Below are positions 45,614 through 56,941 of a stretch of DNA of 64,000 bases, one piece after another. Each line of letters starts with the position of its first letter. Position 1 is the stretch's first letter. The position numbers and the translations under genes are program-made. This stretch comes from Acidimicrobiales bacterium (GTDB lineage Bacteria > Actinomycetota > Acidimicrobiia > Acidimicrobiales > Aldehydirespiratoraceae), in NCBI GenBank assembly GCA_965200005.1, contig OZ241331.1, positions 543,770 to 607,769 on the forward strand. The letters run 5' to 3'. The notes below the pieces were generated by a model, which worked only from the letters and a program-made list of their open reading frames with translations, was not told where the DNA came from and made no database searches.

Positions 45614-46384
45614 CTAGTAGCCGATTACGGCGCCGCCGTCGACTCGTACTACCGAGCCGGTCATGAAGCTGGCTCGGGCACTGCACAGAAACGTCACTAC
45701 ATCGGCTAGTTCGGTTGCTTTGCCGAATCGTCCAACCGGGATCGTGGAGCGGTGTCGCTGGCGGACTGCTTCAAGCGTCGTGTCGTCCATGCGGGCACGG
45801 GCCGCCTGCGCTCTTCCGAGAGCCGCAGTATCGAACTGGCCGGGGACGACCACGTTGACAAGCACCTCGGGTGCCAGCTCAATCGCCAGCGATCGTGCCG
45901 CCGCCGCGACACCACTGCGATACACCCCCGACAGCGCTAACTCCGGCGAAGCCTCCAGCACCGAACGTGCGGTTATGTACACCAGGCGACCATTGCCACA
46001 GGCCCGCAGGTGTGGGATCGCGGCACGCGATATCTCGAGCGCAGGTCGCAGCATCAACTCGTATGCGAGGACTTCTTGCTCTGCAGAAACTTCGGTCAAC
46101 CCGCCGGGATAGCCACCACCCGTGTTGACCACACAGACATCAAGACCACCAAGCGCCTCTGCTGCCTCGTTGACAATACGCCCAGGCTCGCCGCTCCTAC
46201 TCAGATCACCCGTGACCGCAACTGCTCCGTCAAGTCCGGCTGCAATCTCGGCAGCAAGTTCGCTGCGGCGGCCCGAGATCGCGACACAAGCACCCTCAGC
46301 CGCCATCGTCTCAGCGATGGCACGCCCCAGGCCTGATGTCGACCCAAAGACGATCGCTCTACGGCCACGCAGTCCCAGATCCAT
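45614..46384 (-). CDS. SDR-family oxidoreductase
   Basis: [11 protein letters not shown] cofactor motif and a YRSGV (YxxxK-like) region; 256 aa. Confidence 0.85.
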   Translation of the reverse strand: MDLGLRGRRAIVFGSTSGLGRAIAETMAAEGACVAISGRRSELAAEIAAGLDGAVAVTGDLSRSGEPGRIVNEAAEALGGLDVCVVNTGGGYPGGLTEVSAEQEVLAYELMLRPALEISRAAIPHLRACGNGRLVYITARSVLEASPELALSGVYRSGVAAAARSLAIELAPEVLVNVVVPGQFDTAALGRAQAARARMDDTTLEAVRQRHRSTIPVGRFGKATELADVVTFLCSARASFMTGSVVRVDGGAVIGY

Positions 46385-46497
46385 GAGTGCCGAAGCTAGC
46401 TAGACGGGCAGCGTTGATCCGAGTCGGCTGTGATGGGCAGCGATCTGGCGGCGCCCGGTAGGGTCGGGCAGCACCACCTACAGCCGGAGGGTTTGAC

Positions 46498-46965
46498 ATG
46501 TCTTTTGAGCAGGCGGCACGTGACGCTGGGGTCAACCTGGACATGACGCTGTTCCGAGCTGGCAACTTCGATCTTGTGGCCGAGGTGCATAGCGTGTTGT
46601 TTGTCTCGGGCTCTATCGCGTTGGCGCCCGACGGTGGCGGCATCGCACATGCAGGCCGTCTCGGTGCCGACATGAACATCGAAGCTGGTCGAGCCAGTGC
46701 CCGTGGTGCCGCCGAAGCAATCCTCGCTTCGGTGCATCAGCATCTCGGCAGCCTCGACAAAGTCGCTCGCGTAATTCGCCTCACCGGTTATGTAGCAAGT
46801 GCGCCCGGGTTCGATGCTCAACCCGCAGTGATTAACGGTGCTAGCGACCTGATGATCGAAGTCTTCGGCGACGCGGGCCGTCACGCCCGATCCGCCATCG
46901 GGGTCGCAGAACTGCCACTTGGAGCTTCGGTTGAGGTGGAAGCAATCATCCAGATCGAGGACTGA
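46498..46965 (+). CDS. RidA/YjgF-family protein
   Basis: 155 aa. C-terminal ARSAIGVAELPLGASVEVEAI pattern. GGAGGG upstream. Confidence 0.8.
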   Translation: MSFEQAARDAGVNLDMTLFRAGNFDLVAEVHSVLFVSGSIALAPDGGGIAHAGRLGADMNIEAGRASARGAAEAILASVHQHLGSLDKVARVIRLTGYVASAPGFDAQPAVINGASDLMIEVFGDAGRHARSAIGVAELPLGASVEVEAIIQIED

Positions 46966-47104
46966 ATTCCTTCCACGAAGTCCGCTCGACCAAACAAATC
47001 GGCAACCCAGCCAAATTACAACTCAACGTCTTGAGCCAATAGCGTCAATGGCGTTCAGTCACGCTTGCCAATAAGAGAAACACGCACGACACGAAAGGGA
47101 GGTC

Positions 47105-47539
47105 ATGGCAGATAACACCATGCAGATTGAGACGCTCACGCTTGCGGGCGCGAAGCTGGCGGCGGACGCAGCCCTCGCGACTGCCGAAGATGAGGGCCTA
47201 GGAGTATGCGTGGCGGTTGTGAACGCCACCGGCAACCTTGTGCTCGTAAACCGCATGGACAATGTGGTGGAGATCGCTCTTGAGAATGCCATTGCCAAGG
47301 CTGTCGCCGCCGTGACCTTCCGCCGTGACACGGGTGAACTGTCCGACTATTTCCAGAAGGACAACTCGCTGGGTCCACCGATGACTGCCCGACATCACAT
47401 CCTTGCGGTGGAAGGTGGCGATCCGCTTGTTACTTCGTCTGGAACCATCGTTGGAGCTGTCGGACTCTCCGGTGCTAAGCACGCAGAAGATGTTGTGTGC
47501 TCTAAGGCGGCAGCCGCTGCCTTCTTGGCCGCCACCTGA
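47105..47539 (+). CDS. GlcG/HbpS-like (DUF336) heme-binding protein
   Basis: VCVAVVNATGNLV...GAVGLSGA pattern; 144 aa. Confidence 0.8.
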   Translation: MADNTMQIETLTLAGAKLAADAALATAEDEGLGVCVAVVNATGNLVLVNRMDNVVEIALENAIAKAVAAVTFRRDTGELSDYFQKDNSLGPPMTARHHILAVEGGDPLVTSSGTIVGAVGLSGAKHAEDVVCSKAAAAAFLAAT

Positions 47540-47617
47540 GGCGCACCAACCAACGGCCATGTACCCCCGCTGATCGGACACCCGACGCACAAACACGTAA
47601 GCACAAGAATCGATGCC

Positions 47618-47986
47618 ATGACAGCAGCCAGCCATCACGAAGACGAACACGATCACTCCAACCCGATCCTGAGGGACTTACCCGAGGGTTCGTTCGCGTT
47701 CCATTACACACTGCAAACGAAACCCGGGCGTGGACAAGAGTTCATTGATTCGTTCGAAGCATGGGATCACAGCGACGACAACATCGTGCATACCACGCCG
47801 GGCATTGTGCATGAGGGCTTGCTTTATCGCAGCGAAGACGACCCGGATCGCTTCTATCTGATCGGTACCTGGAACAACCGCGAGAATCACATGAATGTGG
47901 TTGCACGCCTGATTGAGATGCGGCCTGCTTGGATGGATCTGCTCACCGCTGACATCGTGCCCGAATACTGCGAGATCATCGGTTAG
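47618..47986 (+). CDS. ABM (antibiotic biosynthesis monooxygenase-like) domain protein
   Basis: DPDRFYLIGTWNNRENHMN is typical of the ABM ferredoxin-like fold. Confidence 0.6.
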   Translation: MTAASHHEDEHDHSNPILRDLPEGSFAFHYTLQTKPGRGQEFIDSFEAWDHSDDNIVHTTPGIVHEGLLYRSEDDPDRFYLIGTWNNRENHMNVVARLIEMRPAWMDLLTADIVPEYCEIIG

Positions 47987-47993
47987 CCGGACG

Positions 47994-50900
47994 GTGACGA
48001 CGGTGACGACGGTGTTGCAGGACTTCGATCTCGACCAGAGGTTCAGCCTCACCAGTGGTCGTGTGTTGCTTACGGGCGTTCAGGCACTCGTTCGCATCCC
48101 TATCGATCAGCACCGAGCCGACGCTGCCCGGGGCCTGCGCACCGCCACATTCATTTCTGGCTACCAGGGCTCGCCGCTCGGCACCGTTGACCTGACGATT
48201 GAGCGCAACCTTGAGTTGCTCACCGCCCACGACGTGGTGTGGATTCCAGGTGTCAACGAGGAACTGGCTGCAACTGCGGTCTGGGGAACTCAGGAGCCAC
48301 TGCTTGGGCCATTGGCGCACCACGACGGGGTTGTCGGCATGTGGTACGGCAAAGGCCCGGGGGTCGACCGCTGCGGCGACGCCTTCAAGCACGCCAACTT
48401 CAAGGGCACCGCCCCCAACGGCGGGGTGCTCGTGCTTGCCGGCGACGATCCACTTGCCAAGTCGTCCACGCTGCCAACCCAGGTCGAACCGGCGTTCTAT
48501 GACGCTCAGATGCCGATCCTTTACCCGGGCGACACACAGGATGTTCTTGACCTGGGGCTGCACGGGATCGCACTGTCTCGTTACAGCGGATTGTGGGTGG
48601 CGTTCAAGGTTGTGACCACGGTGGCCGACGGTTTCGGCACAGTTGTAGTAGCGCCCGACCGGGTGACCCCCACTATTCCCCGGCTCGAGATAGATGGCCG
48701 TCTCTGGCAACACAGCCAGCGACCTGGCCTGGTCACACCACTAAGCCTCGAACAAGAAAAAGAAATCGCCTACGAGCGGCTCGAAGCAGCCAAGGCATAT
48801 GCCGCAGCTAATGGCCTAAACGAGATCAGCGGAGCCACTGCTGCGGCACGCCTCGGCATCATCGCTGCCGGACGCACCTTCACCGAGTTGCGCCAAGCCA
48901 TCACAGACCTGGGTCTAGATGATGAAGCCTTACGGCGACACGGAATCCGCCTGCTGCGCCTCGGCATGGTCTGGCCCCTCGAGCCCGAGATAGTGCGCCG
49001 TTTTGCGGGCGGACTCAACGAGATCCTGGTGCTTGACGAGAAGCGTGCCTTCATTGAGTTGTTCGTGCGTGATGTTCTTTATGGGCGTGCCAGCGCTCCC
49101 CGGGTGGTGGGCAAGACCGACGACCGGGGACGCCGTCTAGTGCCCGCAGATGGCGAACTTAATGCTGATCGCATCGCCGGGATCCTTGCCGATCGGCTGC
49201 GTTCGGGTGTGCTTGGCGGCGACGTTGGAGCGCTGCCGGTAGCTGTTGAAGCGCGCCTTGCCATCATCGAAGCCGCAAACCGGGCCGACGAAGCCGAGGT
49301 CGCTCGGCTGCCCTACTGGTGTAGTGGGTGCCCGCACAGTCGCTCAACTGCTCTGCCGGAGGGCTCGATTGCGGGTGCTGGGGTGGGTTGCCATGCCATG
49401 GCACTGTGGATCGATGATCGTGCCCAGACCATCCATCAGATGGGCGGCGAGGGAGCGACCTGGATAGGGCGAGCGCCGTTCACCGATCGCTCTCACATCT
49501 TCCAAAACATCGGTGACGGCACCTTCTTTCACTCCGGCAGTCTGGCGCTCCGGGCTGCGGTAGCGGCCGGTGTAGACATCACCTACAAGATTCTTTACAA
49601 CGGCGCTGTTGCCATGACTGGTGGCCAGGATGTGGCTGGCAGCATGCCGATTGGAGAGCTAACTCAGGCGCTTGCAGCCGAGGGAGCTTCCCGGATCATC
49701 GTCTGCAGCGACAACCCGGGACGGTTCGGAGACGAACTCGCCGAGGGCACCGACCTGTGGGAGCGCGATCGCCTAAAGGAAGCCCAGGTGGCCCTGCGAG
49801 ACACGCGAGGGGTGACTGTCCTCGTGTACGACCAGCAGTGCGCGGCCGAGAAGCGACGTGATCGCAAACGTGGCTTGCAGCCCACGCCGACCAAACGCAT
49901 CTTCATCAACGAAGCCGTTTGTGAGGGCTGCGGTGATTGTGGAGCGAAGAGCCACTGCCTGTCGGTGCAGCCGATCGAGACCGAACTCGGTACCAAAACC
50001 CGGATTCATCAATCGTCCTGCAATTTCGATTACACCTGCATAGAGGGTGATTGTCCGTCGTTTATTGAGGTAACCACGCCGCCGCGTAGTGCCAAACGGC
50101 GCAAGTCAAGGGCGTCGTCCGCCAAAACATCGGGAACCACGGCCGGATCTGAAGCTGCACTTGAACCGCCGGTGATGCCTGAGCCGGCTAGACCAACGCC
50201 AGGGGCTGCGGGCTATTCGCTGTTCATGGCCGGAGTCGGCGGGACGGGTGTCGTGACGGTGTCGCAGTTACTGGCAACGGCCGCTCTGCTTGACGACATA
50301 GCCGTAATGGGCCTTGACCAGACAGGGCTGAGCCAGAAGGGTGGCCCGGTTGTTTCGCATCTCAAGTTCTTCGATGCGACAGCCTCGGGGGCGAACCTGA
50401 TCGGTGCGGGTACTGCCGATTGTTACTTGGGGTTTGACCTGCTGGTTGCCGCAGATCCCCACAACCTCGCCAAAGCTGACGCCGCTCACACCGTGGCGGT
50501 GGTGTCAACGAGCAAGCTGCCCACCGGCGACATGGTCGCTCACGTGGACGAGACGTATCCCGATGCAGACGCCTTGCTGGCAACCATTACCGCAGCGACC
50601 AGCAAAGATGTCCGCCTCGACGCTGATCGCATGGCTGATGCGCTGCTCGGTACTGCCATGCCCGCCAATGTTTTGGTGCTTGGAGCTGCCTACCAGTCAG
50701 GCGGCATCCCGGTAAGCGCCGCCGCCATTGAGCGTGCCATCGAAGTCAACGGTGTTGCGGTGGCGGCCAATATCGAAGCCTTCCGCTGGGGACGGGTCTA
50801 CGCGCATGAGGGCGTCGACGGGCTGGTCGGCCTCGGCGAGAGTGTTACTCGAGCAGCCCGCGATGATGCACCAAGCGCTGCAGCAGGGCTCGGTCTTGAC

Positions 50901-51638
50901 GCTGCATCCGAGGGTGCTCAAGCCCTGGCGAAGGCACTCGTGGAGCGGTCAGACCTAACGAGCGATGATTCATCCGAAGCGCGACAGGCACTCTCTGAGT
51001 TCACGCAACGCCGAGCGGCTGACCTGATCGACTACCAAGACGAAGCGCTGGCTTCTAGCTACATCGACTTCGTCGAGAAGGTCGCAGCCCGTGAACGACA
51101 GGTCATGGGGGGCTCAAGCGAACTCGCCACGGCGGTGGCCCGCCACCTCTACACGCTCACCGCATACAAGGACGAATACGAGGTTGCACGCCTACATCTA
51201 CGACCGGGTTTGCGTGAGGCCATGGCTGAGTCAATCGGCAAGGTCACCAAGCACCGCATCCTGCTGCACCCGCCACTGCTGCGAGCACTCGGTTTGAAAC
51301 GCAAGATCAGCCTCGGGCCGCTGCAAACACCAGCGCTCAAGCTCCTAAGAGCGATGCGCGGCCTGCGAGGTACCCGCCTTGACGTGTTTGGCTATTCGGC
51401 AATGCGTCGGCTCGAGCGCAAGCTCATCACCGAGTACCGCGATGTCATGGATCAAGAGCTCGACTCGCTCACCCGTGCCAGCTACTCACGAGCACTGCAG
51501 CTAGCCGCCCTGCCCGAGATGATCCGGGGATATGAGGACATCAAGCTGGCCAACATCGAGCGCTACCACGAAAAGATGAACACTTTGAGGAACGCCAGCA
51601 AGCAACGGGTCACCATCACGGCTAGACCAACCCCCTAA
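47994..51638 (+). CDS. Indolepyruvate:ferredoxin oxidoreductase family protein (fused alpha/beta)
   Basis: DLDQRFSLTSGRVLLTGVQALVR start, TPP/ferredoxin region CSGCPH, CEGCGDCG cluster, length about 1210 aa. Start set at the first in-frame GTG after the upstream stop. Confidence 0.85.
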   Translation: MTTVTTVLQDFDLDQRFSLTSGRVLLTGVQALVRIPIDQHRADAARGLRTATFISGYQGSPLGTVDLTIERNLELLTAHDVVWIPGVNEELAATAVWGTQEPLLGPLAHHDGVVGMWYGKGPGVDRCGDAFKHANFKGTAPNGGVLVLAGDDPLAKSSTLPTQVEPAFYDAQMPILYPGDTQDVLDLGLHGIALSRYSGLWVAFKVVTTVADGFGTVVVAPDRVTPTIPRLEIDGRLWQHSQRPGLVTPLSLEQEKEIAYERLEAAKAYAAANGLNEISGATAAARLGIIAAGRTFTELRQAITDLGLDDEALRRHGIRLLRLGMVWPLEPEIVRRFAGGLNEILVLDEKRAFIELFVRDVLYGRASAPRVVGKTDDRGRRLVPADGELNADRIAGILADRLRSGVLGGDVGALPVAVEARLAIIEAANRADEAEVARLPYWCSGCPHSRSTALPEGSIAGAGVGCHAMALWIDDRAQTIHQMGGEGATWIGRAPFTDRSHIFQNIGDGTFFHSGSLALRAAVAAGVDITYKILYNGAVAMTGGQDVAGSMPIGELTQALAAEGASRIIVCSDNPGRFGDELAEGTDLWERDRLKEAQVALRDTRGVTVLVYDQQCAAEKRRDRKRGLQPTPTKRIFINEAVCEGCGDCGAKSHCLSVQPIETELGTKTRIHQSSCNFDYTCIEGDCPSFIEVTTPPRSAKRRKSRASSAKTSGTTAGSEAALEPPVMPEPARPTPGAAGYSLFMAGVGGTGVVTVSQLLATAALLDDIAVMGLDQTGLSQKGGPVVSHLKFFDATASGANLIGAGTADCYLGFDLLVAADPHNLAKADAAHTVAVVSTSKLPTGDMVAHVDETYPDADALLATITAATSKDVRLDADRMADALLGTAMPANVLVLGAAYQSGGIPVSAAAIERAIEVNGVAVAANIEAFRWGRVYAHEGVDGLVGLGESVTRAARDDAPSAAAGLGLDAASEGAQALAKALVERSDLTSDDSSEARQALSEFTQRRAADLIDYQDEALASSYIDFVEKVAARERQVMGGSSELATAVARHLYTLTAYKDEYEVARLHLRPGLREAMAESIGKVTKHRILLHPPLLRALGLKRKISLGPLQTPALKLLRAMRGLRGTRLDVFGYSAMRRLERKLITEYRDVMDQELDSLTRASYSRALQLAALPEMIRGYEDIKLANIERYHEKMNTLRNASKQRVTITARPTP

Positions 51639-51659
51639 CGGCGCGCCACAGTCTTAGCA

Positions 51660-52850
51660 ATGGCAGCGGACTCAATGCAGGGGGCTGCTCCCATCCAAGC
51701 CCTAGCGGCTTCGATCTTCTGCCTGACTTCGGCCATCCTGCCCGGCTTCCTCACCGGCGCCCTCGGCAACGACATCAAGGCCCAGTTCGACATCGGCGAC
51801 ACCGGTCTTGGAGTAACGCTGGCAGTCACATATGCACTCAGCGCTGTAGCGACCGTGCATGCCGGAGAGTTCGCTGACCGCATCGGCCCGCGCCGCAGCC
51901 TCCAGATCGCCATGTCGCTAGCGCTGCTTGGGTATGCCGGCGTTGCGATAGCACCAACCTTTGTCACATTTCTCGCAGCACTGGCCCTAACGGGTGCTGG
52001 TCTGACAGTTGCAGGGCCTGCCGCCAAGGTGCTAGTCGCCCAACACATCACACCGGATCGCCAAGGCATTGCTTTCGGCATCCACATGTCTGCGATTCCC
52101 CTGGCACCGTTGCTCGCCGGGCTAACCGTGCCTCTGGTGGGTGGCACCTCGGGATGGCGCTGGGCTTTTGTGGGCGCGGCATCACTGGCCATAGTTGCGC
52201 TGGTGATGCTGCCCCCCGACCGGCTGCCGCCTGTAATGCCGATCGCAAAGTCGTCCGGGGGATCTGGGCGCTTCGGTCACGTTCAACTAGGCCCATTGTT
52301 CGTGTTCGCGGTGGCGGCGACGCTGGCCGCATCAGCCGTGATCGGAGCTGCCAGTTTCTTTGTGATCAACGGCGACGAAGCGGGCATCTCCGAGGATCTT
52401 GCAGGTTTGTTGCTGTCGGTCGCTAGCGCCGGGGTGATCATCACACGCATCACCCTCGGGGCACGAGCCGACCGGGGACGTAGCGGATCGATCGGCACCG
52501 TTGCCACGCTGCTTGCCGCTAGCGCCGCGGGTTATGCGTTGATGGCTGCCGACGAACCCTGGATGTACGCCATCGGCGGGCAATTGGCCATCATCCTCGG
52601 CTGGTCTTGGCCCGGACTCATGGTCGTGGCGCTCGTTCGGATGAACCCGCACGCCCCTGGACTGGCATCGGCGTTCACGGTGAGCGGCCTCAATGCCGGG
52701 TCGGTGATAGGCCCTGCCGCCTACGGCTTGATCAGCGACGCCGCATCGTCCTCGCTAGCCCTTGCAGTGTCGAGTGCATCAGCGTTGGGAGCGGCGAGCT
52801 TGAGCCTGCTAGCCCGGTGGATGCTGAAGGAATCCGCGACGCGGTCCTGA
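51660..52850 (+). CDS. MFS transporter
   Basis: 396 aa with about 12 hydrophobic segments and a DRIGPRR loop motif. Confidence 0.8.
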   Translation: MAADSMQGAAPIQALAASIFCLTSAILPGFLTGALGNDIKAQFDIGDTGLGVTLAVTYALSAVATVHAGEFADRIGPRRSLQIAMSLALLGYAGVAIAPTFVTFLAALALTGAGLTVAGPAAKVLVAQHITPDRQGIAFGIHMSAIPLAPLLAGLTVPLVGGTSGWRWAFVGAASLAIVALVMLPPDRLPPVMPIAKSSGGSGRFGHVQLGPLFVFAVAATLAASAVIGAASFFVINGDEAGISEDLAGLLLSVASAGVIITRITLGARADRGRSGSIGTVATLLAASAAGYALMAADEPWMYAIGGQLAIILGWSWPGLMVVALVRMNPHAPGLASAFTVSGLNAGSVIGPAAYGLISDAASSSLALAVSSASALGAASLSLLARWMLKESATRS

Positions 52851-52945
52851 TCAGATGCCGGATACCTACCCACGAAGAGCAAACGATTACGGTATTTGGA
52901 GCCGGGCCATCACGGGGCCCGCCGGCCCAACCGGGAGGATGCTCG

Positions 52946-53866
52946 GTGCTTAGATGGCTCGCGAGACGCATTGTCGCGGCAGCGCTAGTCGTCTTCGTCG
53001 TCTCATCGCTGGTTTTCGTGGTCACCCATGTGTTTACCGATCCGGCGACGGTGTCACTGCCACTTGAAGCCACACCTGAGCATCGCGCCCAACGCCGTAC
53101 GGCTCTTGGTCTGGACCGACCCCTAGCAGCTCAGTACTGGGAGTTCGTTTCGGGGCTCGTCACGGGTGACCTCGGCGAGTCGTTCTGGCAGAGTCGACCC
53201 GCATCAGAGCTAGTTCTGGAACGTTTGCCGGCAACCCTCAAGCTGGTTGCGGGTGCAACAGTCGTCACCGTCCTGCTAGCGGCTCCAATGGGGATCATCG
53301 CCGCATGGTGGGAACGCCGCTTTGCTGATCACGCCGTGTTGAGCGTGTCGATGCTGTCGATCAGCGCCCCGCCCTTCTGGATCGGGTACCTGCTGATAAT
53401 CGTGTTTGCAGTGCAGCTGGGATGGGTGCCAACGTTTGGATCCCGCGGATTCACGTCGCTGATACTGCCGTCGTTCGCTATAGGTCTCGCTAGTGCGGGA
53501 CGGCTAGCTCAGATGACACGGCGCGGCATTGTCGAGGAGTTGCGCAAGCCTTATGCCCTCACCGCCCTGTCACGGGGCTTCTCGCGCTCGTACACGATCG
53601 TGCATCACACCTTCCGAAACGTCGGTGCTGGTTTCGTGACAATGACGGGCTGGGAACTAACGCGCATGTTCACGGGCTACACGGTCGTGATTGAGGTGGT
53701 CTTTGCCTGGCCCGGTGTGGGCCGCTTGGCCATTCATGCGATCGAGAATCGTGACCTTGTGTTAGTGCAAGCTGCTGTGGTGGTGCTCGCTGCCCTCGTC
53801 GTTGTTACGAATTTGCTGGTTGACGTTGCCCGCAGGCTCATCGACCCGAGAGTGGATCTCACATGA
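52946..53866 (+). CDS. ABC transporter permease (DppB/OppB-like)
   Basis: VLRWLARRIV start with GGGAGG upstream. EELRKPYALTALSRG EAA-loop region. Confidence 0.85.
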   Translation: MLRWLARRIVAAALVVFVVSSLVFVVTHVFTDPATVSLPLEATPEHRAQRRTALGLDRPLAAQYWEFVSGLVTGDLGESFWQSRPASELVLERLPATLKLVAGATVVTVLLAAPMGIIAAWWERRFADHAVLSVSMLSISAPPFWIGYLLIIVFAVQLGWVPTFGSRGFTSLILPSFAIGLASAGRLAQMTRRGIVEELRKPYALTALSRGFSRSYTIVHHTFRNVGAGFVTMTGWELTRMFTGYTVVIEVVFAWPGVGRLAIHAIENRDLVLVQAAVVVLAALVVVTNLLVDVARRLIDPRVDLT

Positions 53867-54861
53867 GTAGCCCTGCCACATCTGGGGACATGGACATGGA
53901 CATGGACGTGGACGTGGCCTCCGCCGGCGACGCTGTGAGCAGCATGAGCGATGCCGGCGCCAACGGTGGCGAGCAAGACAGCCTGATGCGAGACCTGCGC
54001 CGGCATCTGCGCAAGTCCAAAGCTGGTATTGCCGGGCTCGTCATCACAACGTGCTTTGCACTGGTTGCGATCGTGGGCCCGTGGATACCTGGTCTACCGG
54101 ATCCTGCCCAGCAGAGCCTGCGTGACAAGCTCACGCCGCCGGTGGGTTGGGGCGGCACCTGGTCTCATCCCCTTGGCACCGACGCCCTGGGTCGCGACAT
54201 CTTGGCTCGCCTGATCGATGGTGCCCGGATCTCGCTTCTGGTTGCTCTCGCGGCGGTGGTGATTGCTGCGATCATCGGCACGACGCTGGGGCTAATCGCC
54301 GGTTACATAGGCGGCAAGATCGACACTCTCATCGTCTCGGCAGCCGATGTGCAGATGGCTTTCCCCGGCGTTCTAGCGGGCTTGATCCTTGTTGCTGCAT
54401 TCGGGCCAAGCGTGTGGTTGGTGATCATCGTAATTGCGATGTCGAGTTGGATGGTGTTCACCCGTGTTGGACGGGGTCTTGTGATGACACTCAAGACATC
54501 GCTGTTTGTGGAGGCATCGGAGTTAGCAGGTGCGCCAGGCCGGCGGGTAATGATCAGACACTTGCTCCCCAACCTGGTGAGTTCGCTAATCACGTTGTGC
54601 GTGCTTGAGTTGGCTGCAGCGATCCTGTCGGAGTCGGCTTTCGCGTTCCTGGGATTTGGTGTGCAGCCACCCCGGTCGTCTTGGGGGCTGATGATCCAGC
54701 AAGGACGCAACTACATCACCGATGGATGGTGGATCGTCACATTCGCGGGTCTAGCGATCGCCATCGTGGTGCTTGGCGTGAACCTGCTGTCGTTGTGGCT
54801 CCAATCATTTAACGATGTGGCTGAGCGAGAGCAAATCATCTTGGAGAGGCCCGGCGGATGA
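53863..54861 (+). CDS. ABC transporter permease (DppC/OppC-like)
   Basis: HPLGTDALGRDILARL motif. Overlaps the neighbouring genes by 4 nt. Confidence 0.85.
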   Translation: MSSPATSGDMDMDMDVDVASAGDAVSSMSDAGANGGEQDSLMRDLRRHLRKSKAGIAGLVITTCFALVAIVGPWIPGLPDPAQQSLRDKLTPPVGWGGTWSHPLGTDALGRDILARLIDGARISLLVALAAVVIAAIIGTTLGLIAGYIGGKIDTLIVSAADVQMAFPGVLAGLILVAAFGPSVWLVIIVIAMSSWMVFTRVGRGLVMTLKTSLFVEASELAGAPGRRVMIRHLLPNLVSSLITLCVLELAAAILSESAFAFLGFGVQPPRSSWGLMIQQGRNYITDGWWIVTFAGLAIAIVVLGVNLLSLWLQSFNDVAEREQIILERPGG

Positions 54862-55916
54862 ACTCAACGGTGAGCACGCCTCCACAAGAGCCCGCGGCAA
54901 ACGTCGACACAGCCGGTGAGTTGGACGAGTTTCGTGAGGGGCGACTGCTTGAGGTCAAGGATCTCACCGTCGGGTTCCCGACCCGGGACGGAACGGTGCT
55001 TGGCGTGGATCATCTGACCCTCAACGTCGGCTCGCATGAGCGTCTCGGTGTGGTTGGCGAGTCGGGATCCGGCAAGAGCGTCATGGGCCTGGCGATTCTG
55101 GGGATGGTGCAAGCTCCTGGGCGCATCATGGGTGGCTCGGTGCGGTGGCGCGGTGAGGATGTGCTTGATCCGGCTGTAGCGAACCGGGTGCGAGGCCGGG
55201 AGATCGCCATGATCTTCCAAGACCCCATGGTGTCACTGAACCCGCTCAAGACCGTGGGCGCGCAACTGCGTGAGTTGCTACGACGGCGTGTCGGCATGGA
55301 ACGCGCAGGCATAAAGAAGCGCTCGTTGGAACTGCTTGACATGGTCGGGATCGCTCACCCCGCCGAGCGACTGAAGTCCTACGCCTACGAGCTCTCTGGC
55401 GGATTGCGCCAGCGGGTGATGATCGCCACAGCGCTCGCATGTGAACCAACGCTTCTAATCGCCGACGAACCCACCACCGGGCTTGATGTGACGATCCAGG
55501 ATCAGATCCTCACGCTGCTCCATGACCTGTCCACACAACTGGGCGTGTCGGTGCTGATGATCACCCATGACCTCGGTGTTGTCGCACAGTTCTGTGACCG
55601 GGTGCAGGTGATGTATGCGGGACGCATAGTCGAGCGGGCTCCCATCAACGAAATGTTCGCAGATCCGCTGCATCCGTATTCCGGCGGTCTGCTGAACTCA
55701 GTTCCACGGGTCGACCAGAGCGATGTTGACATGGTCGGGATTCCCGGAGAGCCACTTGATCGTGCCCAGTTCCCGCCGGGATGTGCATTTGAGCCACGCT
55801 GCCCGGAGGCGCACGACTCGTGTCAGCAGGCTCCACCACCGCTGCTCAAGGTCGCTCACCGTCGCTGGGTTGCATGCTTCAACCGTTCACCCGGAGCGCC
55901 GGAGACATCTCGATGA
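54858..55916 (+). CDS. ABC transporter ATP-binding protein (DppD/OppD-like)
   Basis: [16 protein letters not shown] and LIADEPTT motifs, with an oligopeptide-type C-terminal Cys region. Confidence 0.9.
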   Translation: MNSTVSTPPQEPAANVDTAGELDEFREGRLLEVKDLTVGFPTRDGTVLGVDHLTLNVGSHERLGVVGESGSGKSVMGLAILGMVQAPGRIMGGSVRWRGEDVLDPAVANRVRGREIAMIFQDPMVSLNPLKTVGAQLRELLRRRVGMERAGIKKRSLELLDMVGIAHPAERLKSYAYELSGGLRQRVMIATALACEPTLLIADEPTTGLDVTIQDQILTLLHDLSTQLGVSVLMITHDLGVVAQFCDRVQVMYAGRIVERAPINEMFADPLHPYSGGLLNSVPRVDQSDVDMVGIPGEPLDRAQFPPGCAFEPRCPEAHDSCQQAPPPLLKVAHRRWVACFNRSPGAPETSR

Positions 55917-56941
55917 TCGCCCCAAGCACTCCGGCCTCGGCGACACAGGACACATGGGCGGCCGGGGACACCTCGACCAAACACTCTGAGGTGCCACTGA
56001 TTGAGAGCCGCGGACTCAGCGTCCATTACACCCGCTGGGTGGGTAGCCGTCGTCGCACCGTGTACGCACTAGATGATCTAGACCTGACCGTCGCCAAAGG
56101 CGAGACGGTAGGGCTGGTCGGCGAGTCGGGTTGCGGCAAGTCAACTGCTGGGCGTGCCCTGCTTGGTGCAGTGAAGCCAGTAAAGGGGCAGGTGCTTTAC
56201 CGGGGTGAGGATGTCACCGACCTGAGCAAGCGCCGCTGGCGTGCCATGCGCAAACAGGTGCAGATGATCTTCCAGGACCCCTACTCAGCGCTGAACCCCA
56301 AGCTGAAGGTGGGCGAGAGCATCGCCGAGCCGTTCCTGGTTCATACGCGGATGCGTCGCGCTGAGCTATCCGACGCGGTGGCTGAGCTTCTTGAGATGGT
56401 CGGGATGACGCCAAGCGCAGCCGACAAGTACCCGCATGCGTTTTCGGGTGGACAGCGCCAGCGGATCGTAATCGCCCGGGCTCTGGCGTTGCGACCCGGG
56501 TTTGTTGTGGCAGATGAGGCGACGGCTGCTCTCGATGTGTCGATTCAGGCGCAGATCGTCAACCTGCTGGTTGAACTCAAAGCCACTGTCGGGCTGTCGT
56601 ATCTATTCATCTCGCATAATCTGGCTGTTGTACGACATATCTCTGACCGAGTTGCGATCATGTACCTCGGACATTTGATGGAGATCGGCAGCCGCCAGAA
56701 CATCTACGACAACCCCACTCATCCATATTCCCAGGCGCTGCTGTCGGCTGTGCCCGTTCCGGATCCGACAGCTCGCCGCAAGCACATACCTCTCGCTGGT
56801 GATCTGCCGAGTCCTATGGATCCGCCCACCGGCTGCCGTTTCAACACTCGCTGCCCGCACGCGGTGCAACAGTGCTTTGAGGAGCGGCCGCCCTTGAAGG
56901 AGCGCTCGCCCGGTCATCTCGTTGCCTGCTGGGTGAATTGA
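55913..56941 (+). CDS. ABC transporter ATP-binding protein (DppF/OppF-like)
   Basis: GESGCGKST, FSGGQRQR and VVADEATA motifs. The ATG at 55913 overlaps the upstream stop (ATGA). Confidence 0.9.
   Translation: MIAPSTPASATQDTWAAGDTSTKHSEVPLIESRGLSVHYTRWVGSRRRTVYALDDLDLTVAKGETVGLVGESGCGKSTAGRALLGAVKPVKGQVLYRGEDVTDLSKRRWRAMRKQVQMIFQDPYSALNPKLKVGESIAEPFLVHTRMRRAELSDAVAELLEMVGMTPSAADKYPHAFSGGQRQRIVIARALALRPGFVVADEATAALDVSIQAQIVNLLVELKATVGLSYLFISHNLAVVRHISDRVAIMYLGHLMEIGSRQNIYDNPTHPYSQALLSAVPVPDPTARRKHIPLAGDLPSPMDPPTGCRFNTRCPHAVQQCFEERPPLKERSPGHLVACWVN

Noticed and set aside
47913-47993. Upstream extensions of track ORFs overlapping preceding genes. Other cases are 35649-35792, 52607-52945, 55820-55912, 62905-62964, 11404-11430 and 19033-19077
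   Set aside because: The extensions overlap well-supported upstream genes and lack family-typical sequence. Internal starts with SD-like motifs or stop/start overlaps give canonical N-termini.
53887-53916. Hexanucleotide repeat (GACATG)x3(GACGTG)x2
   Set aside because: It lies in-frame inside the permease N-terminus (DMDMDMDVDV). This is a low-complexity coding repeat, not a separate element.
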